This document shows positions 55,727 through 64,000 of a DNA stretch of 64,000 bases, in pieces. Origin of the DNA: Candidatus Parcubacteria bacterium (lineage in GTDB: Bacteria; Patescibacteriota; Minisyncoccia; Phycocordibacterales; CAIZLB01). Position 1 is the stretch's first letter, and each line of letters starts with the position of its first letter. Under the pieces are notes generated by a model. The model had not been told where the DNA came from. It was given only the letters and a program-made list of their open reading frames with translations, and did not search any database. Location: contig JAYUPL010000007.1 in assembly GCA_043760135.1 (NCBI GenBank), positions 64,106-128,105 on the forward strand. The letters are read 5' to 3'. The position numbers and the translations under genes were made by a program.

Positions 55727-56779
55727 ATGGCAAATACTTCAACACCTACATTTTCATTTAAGGTGAAAAATGTAACTAAAAAATTATTATCAGCTATACC
55801 CGAACGCTCAAGGGTTATTATCTCACACCGCTTTGGACTTGATAAAAGTACTGAGAAAATGACTCTTGAAGCTATCGGTGAAAACTATGATATTACTCGT
55901 GAAAGAGTAAGACAGATAGAAGCTAACTCTATAGTGACTATTAGAAAGTCTCAAGTGTTCAAAGAAGAGTCTAAGGTCTTTGAAGAGTTGGCTTTATATA
56001 TCAAAAAAATAGGAGGTATTATCGCTGAGCATGATTTGCTGAACCATCTATCAAAAGATGAGTCAACTCAAAATCATTATCATTTCCTATTGATCATCGG
56101 AGATCAATTTAAGAAAGAGAAGGAAACTGAAGAATTCCACCACCGATGGCATGTTGATTCAGAGCTATCTAAGAAGATTCACGATGCTTTGAAAAAACTA
56201 TATACAAACTTAGATGACAACTCATTGATCCCTGAAAACGAGATGATCAAATCTTTCATGGATAATGTGAAGGATATATCAGATGAATTGAAAAATGACG
56301 AAATCTCAAAGAGATGGTTGCGTATTTCAAAACATATCGATAAGAACCCTCTTGGTGAATGGGGTAAATCAGCTTCAACTAATGTAAAGGTGAAAGGTAT
56401 TAGAGATTATGCTTACCTTGCAATGAGAAAACATGGATCTCCTGTTCACTTTAAAGAAATCGCTAAATTGATCCAAAATGTGTTCGGTAAAAGAGCACAT
56501 GAAGCTACAACTCACAATGAGCTTATAAAAGATAATCGATTCGTTCTTGTAGGACGTGGTCTATATGCCTTGGCTGAATGGGGATATGTGTCAGGTGTGG
56601 TAAAAGACGTTATAGTTAAGGTTTTGGGTAAATATGGTCCTATGACAAGAGAAGAGATATTCGATAAGGTGATGAAGGAGAGGTATGTTAAAGAAAACAC
56701 TATATTGGTCAACTTGCAAAACTCATCGGCTTTCAAAAAGGATTCTTCAGGCAAATATCACGTAATAGCTGAAAAATAA
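55727..56779 (+). CDS. DNA-binding protein: N-terminal sigma-70 region-4-like HTH plus C-terminal HARE-HTH (RNAP delta-subunit-like) domain
   Basis: ERSRVIISHRFGLDKSTEKMTLEAIGENYDITRERVRQIEANSI (sigma region 4); GSPVHFKEIAKLIQ...HNELIKDNRFVLVGRGLYALAEWGY (HARE-HTH). Confidence 0.55.
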   Translation: MANTSTPTFSFKVKNVTKKLLSAIPERSRVIISHRFGLDKSTEKMTLEAIGENYDITRERVRQIEANSIVTIRKSQVFKEESKVFEELALYIKKIGGIIAEHDLLNHLSKDESTQNHYHFLLIIGDQFKKEKETEEFHHRWHVDSELSKKIHDALKKLYTNLDDNSLIPENEMIKSFMDNVKDISDELKNDEISKRWLRISKHIDKNPLGEWGKSASTNVKVKGIRDYAYLAMRKHGSPVHFKEIAKLIQNVFGKRAHEATTHNELIKDNRFVLVGRGLYALAEWGYVSGVVKDVIVKVLGKYGPMTREEIFDKVMKERYVKENTILVNLQNSSAFKKDSSGKYHVIAEK

Positions 56780-56859
56780 ACTTGATTCACAATATTATTT
56801 GTGCTATGCTTTTCTTACTATTTATTAATCAAACAAATCATTCAAATTAAACAAATTAC

Positions 56860-57237
56860 ATGCGTATATTAGGTATCAATCTTAACGATAATCAAAGAAT
56901 AGAGATGGCATTAACAGCTGTCTTTGGAATTGGACGTTCACGTGCACACACTATATTAGATAAAGCTGGCATCGAGTATGGAGCAAAAGCAAAAGATCTT
57001 TCTGTTGATGACGAAAATAAGATTCGTTCAGAGATCGAGGATTTCAAACTAGAAGCTGATCTAAAAAGAGAGATCGGTACAAACATTAAAAGATTGAAAG
57101 ATATCAAATCTTATAGAGGTACAAGACATGCGAAAAGATTACCTGTACGTGGACAACGAACAAAATCAAATGCTCGTACTCTTAAAGGTGTTAAAAAGAC
57201 TATGGGATCTGGTAAAAAGAAAGAGACTAAGAAATAA
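56860..57237 (+). CDS. rpsM: 30S ribosomal protein uS13
   Basis: MRILGINL..NQRIEMALTAVFGIG; basic C-terminus. Confidence 0.9.
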   Translation: MRILGINLNDNQRIEMALTAVFGIGRSRAHTILDKAGIEYGAKAKDLSVDDENKIRSEIEDFKLEADLKREIGTNIKRLKDIKSYRGTRHAKRLPVRGQRTKSNARTLKGVKKTMGSGKKKETKK

Positions 57238-57268
57238 AATAAATTAAACTAAATCAACATTCATTATT

Positions 57269-57685
57269 ATGGCAAAAACAATAGTTAAAAAAACAGCTAA
57301 AGATGCAAAAGCTTCATCTAACAAGCTAAGTAAAAGAAAAATGGCATATGCTATTTTGAATATTCAATCTACATATAACAACACAAAAGTTGTATTAACA
57401 GATGAAAAAGGAAATCCAGTAGCATCTTCATCATCAGGATCACTTGGATTCAATGGTGCTAAAAAAGGTACACCTTTTGCTGCTGCTAAGATCGGTGAAG
57501 TACTGGCTGATAAAGCTATCATGATGGGAGTTAAGGAAGTTGGTGTTGTTATTAAAGGGACAGGTTCAGGTCGTGAGTCAGTGGTGAGATCATTTATATC
57601 AAAAGGTATTTCAATCGATACTATAAAAGATAGAACTCCTGTGCCACACAATGGTCCAAAACCTAAAAAGCCTAGAAGAATATAG
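57269..57685 (+). CDS. rpsK: 30S ribosomal protein uS11
   Basis: GSLGFNGAKKGTPFAAAKIGEVLADKAIMMGVKEVGVVIKGTGSGRES. Confidence 0.9.
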   Translation: MAKTIVKKTAKDAKASSNKLSKRKMAYAILNIQSTYNNTKVVLTDEKGNPVASSSSGSLGFNGAKKGTPFAAAKIGEVLADKAIMMGVKEVGVVIKGTGSGRESVVRSFISKGISIDTIKDRTPVPHNGPKPKKPRRI

Positions 57686-57744
57686 CAATAGAATCTAGTT
57701 GAGAATCTAATAATTAAAAGTATTTAAATAATAAATCAAACAAT

Positions 57745-58350
57745 ATGAAAATCGGTCCAAAATTTAAAATAGCAAAACGCCTAGGTGCTCCAATCTTTGA
57801 GAAAACTCAAACTCAAAAATTTAGAGTAAAAATGGAAAATGCTCCAAAGAAAAAAGGTAAGAAGAATGTATCTTCATACGGTCTTCAGTTGATTGAAAAA
57901 CAAAAAGCTCGTTTTACATATGGTATTACAGCCGGACAATTTGGAAGATATATCAAAGAAGTTATTGATTCTAAAACTGTTTACGGTCCAGAAGAACTAT
58001 ATAAAAAATTAGAAACAAGATTGGATAATGTTGTATATCGTATGGGACTATCTAACACAAGACGTTTTGCAAGACAAATCGTATCTCACGGTCATATCTT
58101 GATCAACGGTGTTAAAAACACTATTCCATCAGCCGTAGTGAGAGCTGGAGATATTATTTCAGTACGTGAGGGAAGTAAGAAAACAAAAACTTTCCACGAT
58201 TATTCAGAAAGATCTAAGAGTTTGACTATTCAAGACTGGTTATCATTTGACGGAGACAAGATGACAGGAAAAGTTGTTAAACTACCGACACTAACAGGAC
58301 AAGATGTATTATTTGATTTAGGTCAAGTGATAGAGTTCTCAAAGAGATAA
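57745..58350 (+). CDS. rpsD: 30S ribosomal protein uS4
   Basis: LETRLDNVVYRMGLSNTRRFARQIVSHGHILINGV (S4 domain). Confidence 0.9.
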   Translation: MKIGPKFKIAKRLGAPIFEKTQTQKFRVKMENAPKKKGKKNVSSYGLQLIEKQKARFTYGITAGQFGRYIKEVIDSKTVYGPEELYKKLETRLDNVVYRMGLSNTRRFARQIVSHGHILINGVKNTIPSAVVRAGDIISVREGSKKTKTFHDYSERSKSLTIQDWLSFDGDKMTGKVVKLPTLTGQDVLFDLGQVIEFSKR

Positions 58351-58389
58351 GATACATTAATAATTTATTAAATAAAAATAAACAAAATT

Positions 58390-59367
58390 ATGAACACATC
58401 AATAGTATCACCATCAAAACCAAAAATTATCAAAGAAACTGATAATAAGGGTTCTTATGAAATAGGTGGATTGTATCCAGGATATGGACATACACTTGGA
58501 AACTCTCTAAGAAGAATCATCCTATCATCACTTCCAGGTGCTGCGATAACTTCTATCAAGATTGCAGGTATTCCTCATGAATTTTCTACTATCAAAGGTA
58601 TAAAAGAAGATGTTATTTCAATGATCTTAAACCTAAAGAAGATCAAATTTTCTATAGTGGCAGGTGAAGAAATCGTTCTCACTCTTAAGAAAAAAGGTAT
58701 AGGTACGGTTACTGCAGCTGACATCGATGTTGCCGGTCAAGTTGAAGTTTTGACTCCAGATCAGCATATTGCAACTATCACAGAATCAGATGCTGTTTTA
58801 CAAATGGAAATCACTCTATCAAACGGTATTGGCTATGTTTCTAAAGAAGTATTGCAAAAAGAAAGAGTACCAGTTGAGTCTATTGCGCTTGATGCAGCTT
58901 TCTCACCTATTGTAAACGTGTCATATGATGTAGATCAAATGCGTGTTGGTGATAGAACTGACTTCAACAGACTTATTATAAACATCGAAACTGATGGTTC
59001 AGTCACCCCAAAAGCCGCGCTTGAGAAATCAATAGAAATAATGATTTACCAACTAAAAGCTATTATCGACTTCCAAGATGTTGAAGTTGTTAAAGAAGAA
59101 GTTGAAAGTAAAAAAGAGGAATTTAAAGATGACGATGAAAGTAAGCTAGATAAAGACGTTCTTGACGATGTTTTGAAAACTAGAATCGAGTCACTTGAAA
59201 TAAGTCAAAGAACTATCAATGCACTTATCGAAGCCAATATCAGAACTATCGGTGGATTGATCAGGAAGAAAGAGAAAGATCTACTCGATGTTGATGGAAT
59301 GGGCAAGAAAGGGCTAGATGAATTGAAAGAAATATTAGCTAAATTTGATTTAACAATTAAAGAATAA
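58390..59367 (+). CDS. rpoA: DNA-directed RNA polymerase subunit alpha
   Basis: GHTLGNSLRRIILSSLPGAAITSIKIAGIPHEFSTIKGIKEDV; C-terminal HhH domain. Confidence 0.9.
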   Translation: MNTSIVSPSKPKIIKETDNKGSYEIGGLYPGYGHTLGNSLRRIILSSLPGAAITSIKIAGIPHEFSTIKGIKEDVISMILNLKKIKFSIVAGEEIVLTLKKKGIGTVTAADIDVAGQVEVLTPDQHIATITESDAVLQMEITLSNGIGYVSKEVLQKERVPVESIALDAAFSPIVNVSYDVDQMRVGDRTDFNRLIINIETDGSVTPKAALEKSIEIMIYQLKAIIDFQDVEVVKEEVESKKEEFKDDDESKLDKDVLDDVLKTRIESLEISQRTINALIEANIRTIGGLIRKKEKDLLDVDGMGKKGLDELKEILAKFDLTIKE

Positions 59368-59408
59368 TACTTGATTTTTAACAGTATTTAAGATATATTT
59401 ACAAGACT

Positions 59409-59759
59409 ATGAGACATCACAATGCAAACAGAAAATTTAATAGAGGCAGAAATCAGAGAAAAGCTTTGATCAGATCTTTGGTGCGTGAACTTTTTGTACA
59501 CGGAAAAATAGAGACAACTTTAGCTAAAGCTAAAGAGTCAGCTCCATATGCAGAAGATTTTATCACAAAAGCTCGAATCGATACTGTTGCATCTCGTCGT
59601 GATGTTGCAAGAAGAATGGCCAATAACGACATAGTTGGAAAATTGTTCTCAGAAATTGCTCCAAAATATATCGGAAGAAATGGTGGCTATACAAGAATTA
59701 TCAAGAAAGGACCAAGACAGGCTGATGGCGCTCTTATGGCTATCATAGAATTAGTATAA
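59409..59759 (+). CDS. rplQ: 50S ribosomal protein bL17
   Basis: MRHHNANRKFNRGRNQRKALIRSLVRELFVHGKIETTLAKAKE. Confidence 0.9.
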   Translation: MRHHNANRKFNRGRNQRKALIRSLVRELFVHGKIETTLAKAKESAPYAEDFITKARIDTVASRRDVARRMANNDIVGKLFSEIAPKYIGRNGGYTRIIKKGPRQADGALMAIIELV

Positions 59760-59770
59760 TAAATAACACA

Positions 59771-60115
59771 ATGAAATACACAATCGACGCAACAAATAAA
59801 AGATTAGGTAATTTGGCACAAGACGTGGCTAAACACCTTATGGGTAAAAACTCAGTAGACTTCGCCAAAAACGTAGTTGCTGATGTTCAGGTTTTGGTTA
59901 TCAACGCTGATAAGCTTGATATCACAGATAAGAAAAAAGATGAGAAATATTATCTAACATACTCAGGATATCCAGGTGGACAAAAGAAAGAGTTCCTAGG
60001 ACACTTACTTGAAAGAAAAGGAGTGGAGGAAGTTATTGTTCGTGCTGTATCAAGAATGTTACCAAAAAACAAACTAAGAGATAGAATGCTTTTAAATATA
60101 GAAATAACTAAATAA
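59771..60115 (+). CDS. rplM: 50S ribosomal protein uL13
   Basis: L13-like sequence ([21 protein letters not shown]...). Confidence 0.85.
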   Translation: MKYTIDATNKRLGNLAQDVAKHLMGKNSVDFAKNVVADVQVLVINADKLDITDKKKDEKYYLTYSGYPGGQKKEFLGHLLERKGVEEVIVRAVSRMLPKNKLRDRMLLNIEITK

Positions 60116-60120
60116 TAATT

Positions 60121-60528
60121 ATGGCAACAAAATCAACATCAAAATATTATGAAGCAGTAGGAAGAAGAAAAACATCTTCTGCACGCGTTCGTATTACACC
60201 AGCTGCAAAAACAAGTATGGTTATAAACGATAAAGATCACACAGAATATTTTAAAACTAAAGAATTACAAAATCTTTCAATCGAGTCTTTGGTAAAAACT
60301 CTTCCTGAAAAAGGCTTTGAGATTACTGTTAAAGTTACAGGTGGTGGTATCAATGGTCAAGCCGAGTCAGTAAGACTTGGTATCGCAAGAGCACTTGAGG
60401 CTTTTGATGCAGAACTAAGAGCTCCTCTTAAAAAAGAAGGATTTCTAACGAGAGATGGAAGAGCTAAAGAAAGAAGAAAATTCGGTTTGAAGAAAGCGAG
60501 AAAGAGTAAGCAATGGTCAAAGCGTTAA
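60121..60528 (+). CDS. rpsI: 30S ribosomal protein uS9
   Basis: [19 protein letters not shown]...[25 protein letters not shown]. Confidence 0.9.
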   Translation: MATKSTSKYYEAVGRRKTSSARVRITPAAKTSMVINDKDHTEYFKTKELQNLSIESLVKTLPEKGFEITVKVTGGGINGQAESVRLGIARALEAFDAELRAPLKKEGFLTRDGRAKERRKFGLKKARKSKQWSKR

Positions 60529-60538
60529 TATACAGAGA

Positions 60539-60562
60539 CTTCATCAAAAGATGGAGTTTTTT
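60539..60562 (+). terminator. Terminator (CTTCATC-aaaa-GATGGAG followed by TTTTTTG)
   Basis: 7-bp stem (one G·U) plus T-run after rpsI. Confidence 0.5.
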
Positions 60563-60630
60563 GTTTGGAAAGTTTATAACTACGAAAGTACAATACTGAT
60601 TAAGGATAATTCCAAAGCCATTTTTTTATC

Positions 60631-60662
60631 AATTCTTCAAGAGAACTTTATGTGGTCTTTGG
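60631..60662 (+). promoter_or_regulatory. Conserved upstream element AATTCTTCAAGAGAACTTTATGTGGTCTTTGG (copy 5 of 5)
   Basis: Same core; about 80 nt upstream of paralog 2. Confidence 0.4.
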
Positions 60663-60740
60663 TAAAATTCTTAAATCACTATAAATACAAGCACAATTAA
60701 AAAATTAATAAATGAATATTTTCATTTAAAAACAGGCGAA

Positions 60741-61085
60741 TTGATTGCCGATTTTTTAGAATTGGTATTTGTTTGTAAACTGAACAGTAAAGACGTATCT
60801 ATCTCTAGGAGGGCATTAAAGCACTTTGTGGAGAGTAGGTCTAGCGAAATGGCAGATAGTTACGAAAACAACAGTATCTTGGAAAAGATGTATTACATAA
60901 TAGATAATGTCGAAGATGTGCTCAATATGTATGATGTCTTTCAAACTATGAATGGCAGGTATTATTTTACTAAGCATTATTGGAAACTAGATAAACCCTC
61001 AATAAGAATAGTTTTAGAATTGGTAGATAATCACTTTGAAATAGTTACGATGTATTATAAGAAAACTAAAAACACCACCGAATGA
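60741..61085 (+). CDS. Hypothetical small protein, 'ISRRALKHFVESR' family (paralog 2; TTG start, lacks the N-terminal ~17 aa of paralog 1; possibly degenerate)
   Basis: Paralog of 53771..54154; the frame has no ATG; stop codon in a terminator loop. Confidence 0.4.
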   Translation: MIADFLELVFVCKLNSKDVSISRRALKHFVESRSSEMADSYENNSILEKMYYIIDNVEDVLNMYDVFQTMNGRYYFTKHYWKLDKPSIRIVLELVDNHFEIVTMYYKKTKNTTE

Positions 61086-61099
61086 ACGGTGGTGTTTTT
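61068..61099 (+). terminator. Rho-independent terminator (AAAAACACCACCG-aatgaa-CGGTGGTGTTTTT)
   Basis: Read from the sequence. Confidence 0.7.
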
Positions 61100-61111
61100 A
61101 GTTGTAGTCTG

Positions 61112-61214
61112 GGATGACGGCAACGCCTATTTTTCAATAGACACTTTCATCCATAAGTACTTTGTCTTTCAACAAAGTCCGCAGCAAGCCGATTGGTTAT
61201 TTTCTGTCCTTCAG
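61112..61214 (+). other. Conserved about 105-nt 3' tail (copy 2): GGATGACGGCAA...TTTCATCCATAAGTACTTT...CAAAGTCCGCAGCAAGCCGATTGGTTATTTTCTGTCCTTCAG
   Basis: Block-wise identical to 54176..54283 with variable spacers. Confidence 0.4.
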
Positions 61215-61429
61215 ATTACGTTGTTTATTTTAGCAAAATATATTTTATTGTCAAATTTTGTAAAAATAGCACCCTATAAAAGCGAAAAAGTGCCTGACAC
61301 CGCTTAGGGCACAGGACCTTTTTCTTCTGTGTTTTTATAATATCAAATCTCTGATTGTTGTCAAATTTTACCCCATAAAAAACAAAATCCGACAATGGAG
61401 TTCTTACATTTTTAGTATATAATAGACGC

Positions 61430-62068
61430 ATGAATAATGACGCAAATGACGAAATCAAAATAGATCTTGACACCGAACTTGACACTGACTTAGATATAAA
61501 ACTAGAGCCTTTAGTGCATGATATAGAGCCAGAAATTGTCCATGATGAAGATGACATTGTATCGGAAGATGAGTCAGAAAACCCAAAAGCAGCCATTAAA
61601 AAGCTTAAAGACGAACTTAAACAAGCTAAGCAGGATAAGATGGATATGCTGACAAACTGGCAAAAGGATAAAGCAGAATTCATCAATGCTAGAAAGCGAG
61701 ATGAAGATGCAAAGCAAGAGATCATCAAATATTCTAATCAAATGCTTATTGGAGACCTTCTTCCAATAATCGATGGCTATGAACAAGCTAAAGCACAACC
61801 AACCTGGAGTACTGTTGACGAAGCCTGGAGAAAAGGCATTGAAGCTATCATCGACAAAGTATACAGTGCACTTAAAAAAGTTGGCGTTGAATCATACGGA
61901 ACAGTTGGTGATCAATTCGATCCAAATATTTACGAAGCATTAGGGCAAGATATTACAACAGAAAAAGAAAAAGACCACACAGTTTCAATGATTATGCAAA
62001 AGGGATACAAACTTCATGACAAAGTCATACGAGTGGCACTGGTAAAAGTATTCCACTTCGAGCTATAA
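61430..62068 (+). CDS. grpE: Nucleotide exchange factor GrpE
   Basis: Acidic N-terminus; ...ARKRDEDAKQEIIKYSNQMLIGDLLPIIDGYEQA...GTVGDQFDPNIYEALGQ...V.MQKGYKL.DKVIR.ALV.V. Confidence 0.85.
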   Translation: MNNDANDEIKIDLDTELDTDLDIKLEPLVHDIEPEIVHDEDDIVSEDESENPKAAIKKLKDELKQAKQDKMDMLTNWQKDKAEFINARKRDEDAKQEIIKYSNQMLIGDLLPIIDGYEQAKAQPTWSTVDEAWRKGIEAIIDKVYSALKKVGVESYGTVGDQFDPNIYEALGQDITTEKEKDHTVSMIMQKGYKLHDKVIRVALVKVFHFEL

Positions 62069-62164
62069 ACCTTATTGACTTGACAGCTAGTGTATAATAG
62101 AGAGTACAAACAATTATTAATCATTATCAATTATTAATAAATAACGAAAAAATATATATAAATT

Positions 62165-64000
62165 ATGGCAAAAATACTAGGAATCGATTTAGGAACAACA
62201 AACTCAGCTGTCGCCATTATGGAGGTAGGTGAGCCAAAAATATTAGAAAATGCAGAGGGTGCTCGTACAACACCGTCAATTGTTGCGATATCTAAAACAG
62301 GCGAAAGACTTGTTGGACTATTGGCAAAGAGACAAGGTGTAACAAACCCTAAAAATACTGTTTTTGGTATTAAAAGATTTATCGGCCACTCATTTGACGA
62401 AAACAATGTGCAAAAAGATAAAGGTACTGTTCCTTTCGAGATCACTAAAACTGATACAAATGGTGTTGGTATTACAATGGCTGAAAAGACATATACTCCA
62501 GAGGAAGTATCAGCGATGATTTTAACAAAACTTAAAAATGATGCAGAGGCAAGAATCGGTGAGAAGATTACAGAAGCAGTTATCACTGTTCCTGCTTACT
62601 TTAACGATGCACAAAGACAAGCAACAAAAGATGCTGGCCGTATTGCAGGTCTTGATGTAAAAAGAATTATCAACGAGCCAACGGCTGCAGCTCTCGCATA
62701 TGGGTTTAATAAAAAAGCAGATGAAAAAATCGCAGTGTTTGACTTTGGAGGTGGAACATTTGATATTTCTATTCTTGAGGTTGGAGCAGACATTGTTGAG
62801 GTAAAATCAACAGATGGAGATGCACACCTTGGAGGAAAAGATATCGATCAAAAAATCATTCACTGGATTGCTGATGAATTTAAAAAGGAATCAGGTATCG
62901 ATGTTCGAAGTGATGCTTTGGCACTACAAAGACTTGATGAAGCAGCAGAAAAAGCAAAAATAGAATTATCTTCTGCAATCGATACTGAGATCAATATTCC
63001 ATTTATCACATCAGACGCTACAGGACCAAAACATTTGGTACTAAAAATGACTCGTGCAAAACTTGAAGAGATTGCCGATGAATTTATTACACGTGCTATT
63101 CAAATTACAAAAAGAGCAATCGAAGCATCACCTTATAAGATTGCTGATATTCAAGAAGTTATTCTTGTTGGAGGACAAACTCGTATGCCTAAGATTAAGG
63201 AGGCTGTAAAAGCATTGTTTGGTCGTGAACCAAATCAATCAATCAACCCAGATGAAGTGGTGGCCTTAGGAGCTGCAGTACAAGGAGGTATTCTAGGTGG
63301 TGACGTGAAAGATATTCTTCTGCTTGATGTTATTCCACTATCTCTTGGTATTGAAACTATGGGAGGGGTCGCAACTCATCTTATAGAAAGAAATACAACT
63401 ATTCCAACATCTCGTTCACAAGTATTCTCCACAGCGGCCGACAATCAAACATCGACTGAGATCCATATCGTGCAAGGAGAAAGAGCGATGGCAGGAGATA
63501 ATAAGTCTCTTGGACGTTTCGTTCTTGACGGTATTCCACCGGCACCACGAGGTATTCCTCAAGTTGAAGTTACCTTTGATGTTGATGCCAATGGTATCTT
63601 AAATGTGAAGGCTAAAGATAAAGCTTCAGGAAAAGAAAATACTATTAGAATCGAAGCTTCAACAGGTTTATCAAAAGATGATATCGAGCGTATGAAAAAA
63701 GAGGCTGAAGCTCATGAGGGTGAGGATAAGAAAAAGAAAGAATTGATAGAGGTGAGAAACACTGCAGATCAGGCTATTTACACAGCTGAGAAGAGTTTGA
63801 GAGAAAGCAAAGATAAGTTGTCAGCAGAGCTTGTGGCAGCTGTAGAGACAAAAATAGGTGCTTTAAGACTATCAAAAGATAAAGATGATATGAATGTTAT
63901 TAAGACTGATACCGATGCATTGTCGATGGAATTGGCTAAGGTGCATGATGAGATTGCGAAGGCAAATCCTGAGAATGCAGCGGGACAAGGTGGGGAAGGT
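62165..64000 (+). CDS. dnaK: Chaperone DnaK (Hsp70), 3' end beyond the window
   Basis: [41 protein letters not shown]...; open to the window end, which is why it is absent from the ORF track. Confidence 0.9.
   Translation, partial: MAKILGIDLGTTNSAVAIMEVGEPKILENAEGARTTPSIVAISKTGERLVGLLAKRQGVTNPKNTVFGIKRFIGHSFDENNVQKDKGTVPFEITKTDTNGVGITMAEKTYTPEEVSAMILTKLKNDAEARIGEKITEAVITVPAYFNDAQRQATKDAGRIAGLDVKRIINEPTAAALAYGFNKKADEKIAVFDFGGGTFDISILEVGADIVEVKSTDGDAHLGGKDIDQKIIHWIADEFKKESGIDVRSDALALQRLDEAAEKAKIELSSAIDTEINIPFITSDATGPKHLVLKMTRAKLEEIADEFITRAIQITKRAIEASPYKIADIQEVILVGGQTRMPKIKEAVKALFGREPNQSINPDEVVALGAAVQGGILGGDVKDILLLDVIPLSLGIETMGGVATHLIERNTTIPTSRSQVFSTAADNQTSTEIHIVQGERAMAGDNKSLGRFVLDGIPPAPRGIPQVEVTFDVDANGILNVKAKDKASGKENTIRIEASTGLSKDDIERMKKEAEAHEGEDKKKKELIEVRNTADQAIYTAEKSLRESKDKLSAELVAAVETKIGALRLSKDKDDMNVIKTDTDALSMELAKVHDEIAKANPENAAGQGGEG

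Noticed and set aside
61089-61307. 72-aa ORF overlapping the conserved 3' tail of paralog 2
   Set aside because: The homologous tail at 54176..54283 does not preserve this reading frame (stops after 7 codons). The conservation is at nucleotide/structure level.
61310-61429. Search for the CIRCE (HrcA) operator upstream of grpE
   Set aside because: No TTAGCACTC-N9-GAGTGCTAA-like inverted repeat; only a weak ATTGTTGTC/GACAAT repeat.
62134-62793. Minus-strand ORFs 62134..62586 and 62596..62793
   Set aside because: Antisense to dnaK, which is open to the window end and hence missing from the ORF track.

Overview
This 64 kb window from a low-GC, gene-dense bacterial chromosome looks like a Candidate Phyla Radiation / Patescibacteria-type genome: short intergenic spacers, ATGA start/stop overlaps, few Shine-Dalgarno sequences and TGnTAAAAT-type -10 boxes. 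The core backbone is: miaA; tRNA-Leu(CAA); umuDC; tRNA-Glu; rpsP; a KH-domain protein; mreB-mreC-mrdA(PBP2); a compact uvrC; frr-rseP-dacA; secA; tRNA-Phe; hsp20; tsaD; gyrA; a tRNA-Ala/Lys/Leu cluster; rpmJ; rpsM-rpsK-rpsD-rpoA-rplQ-rplM-rpsI; and grpE-dnaK, which runs off the window end. Interleaved accessory content:
- A 13-gene Wzx/Wzy-type surface-glycan cluster (23.8-37.7 kb) with GT11 fucosyltransferase, three GT2, GT4-like, four methyltransferases, an acyltransferase-3, an NAD epimerase, a flippase and an O-antigen-ligase/TPR fusion.
- A tandem array of five small two-helix pilin-like membrane proteins (49.0-51.4 kb), bracketed by a structured inverted repeat.
- An orphan VirD4/TraG-like ATPase, a type IV pilin with a pseudopilin-like partner, and a 918-aa YVTN beta-propeller surface protein with a C-terminal peptidoglycan-binding domain.
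- Higher-GC islets next to tRNAs (a NUDIX gene, and 51.4-53.2 kb).
The most unusual signal is a conserved ~22-nt upstream element, TTCTTYAWGAGAACTTTAT, found in front of five unrelated small accessory genes: two solitary MazF-like toxins, a DUF3800 protein and two 'ALKHFVESR' paralogs. The two ALKHFVESR paralogs also carry a conserved ~110-nt structured 3' tail. Two further inverted repeat families were found: 22.0/40.6 kb and 47.6/51.0 kb. A sigma-70-region-4 + HARE-HTH protein is inserted between rpmJ (a Cys-less L36) and rpsM. No rRNA, CRISPR array or transposase was seen.
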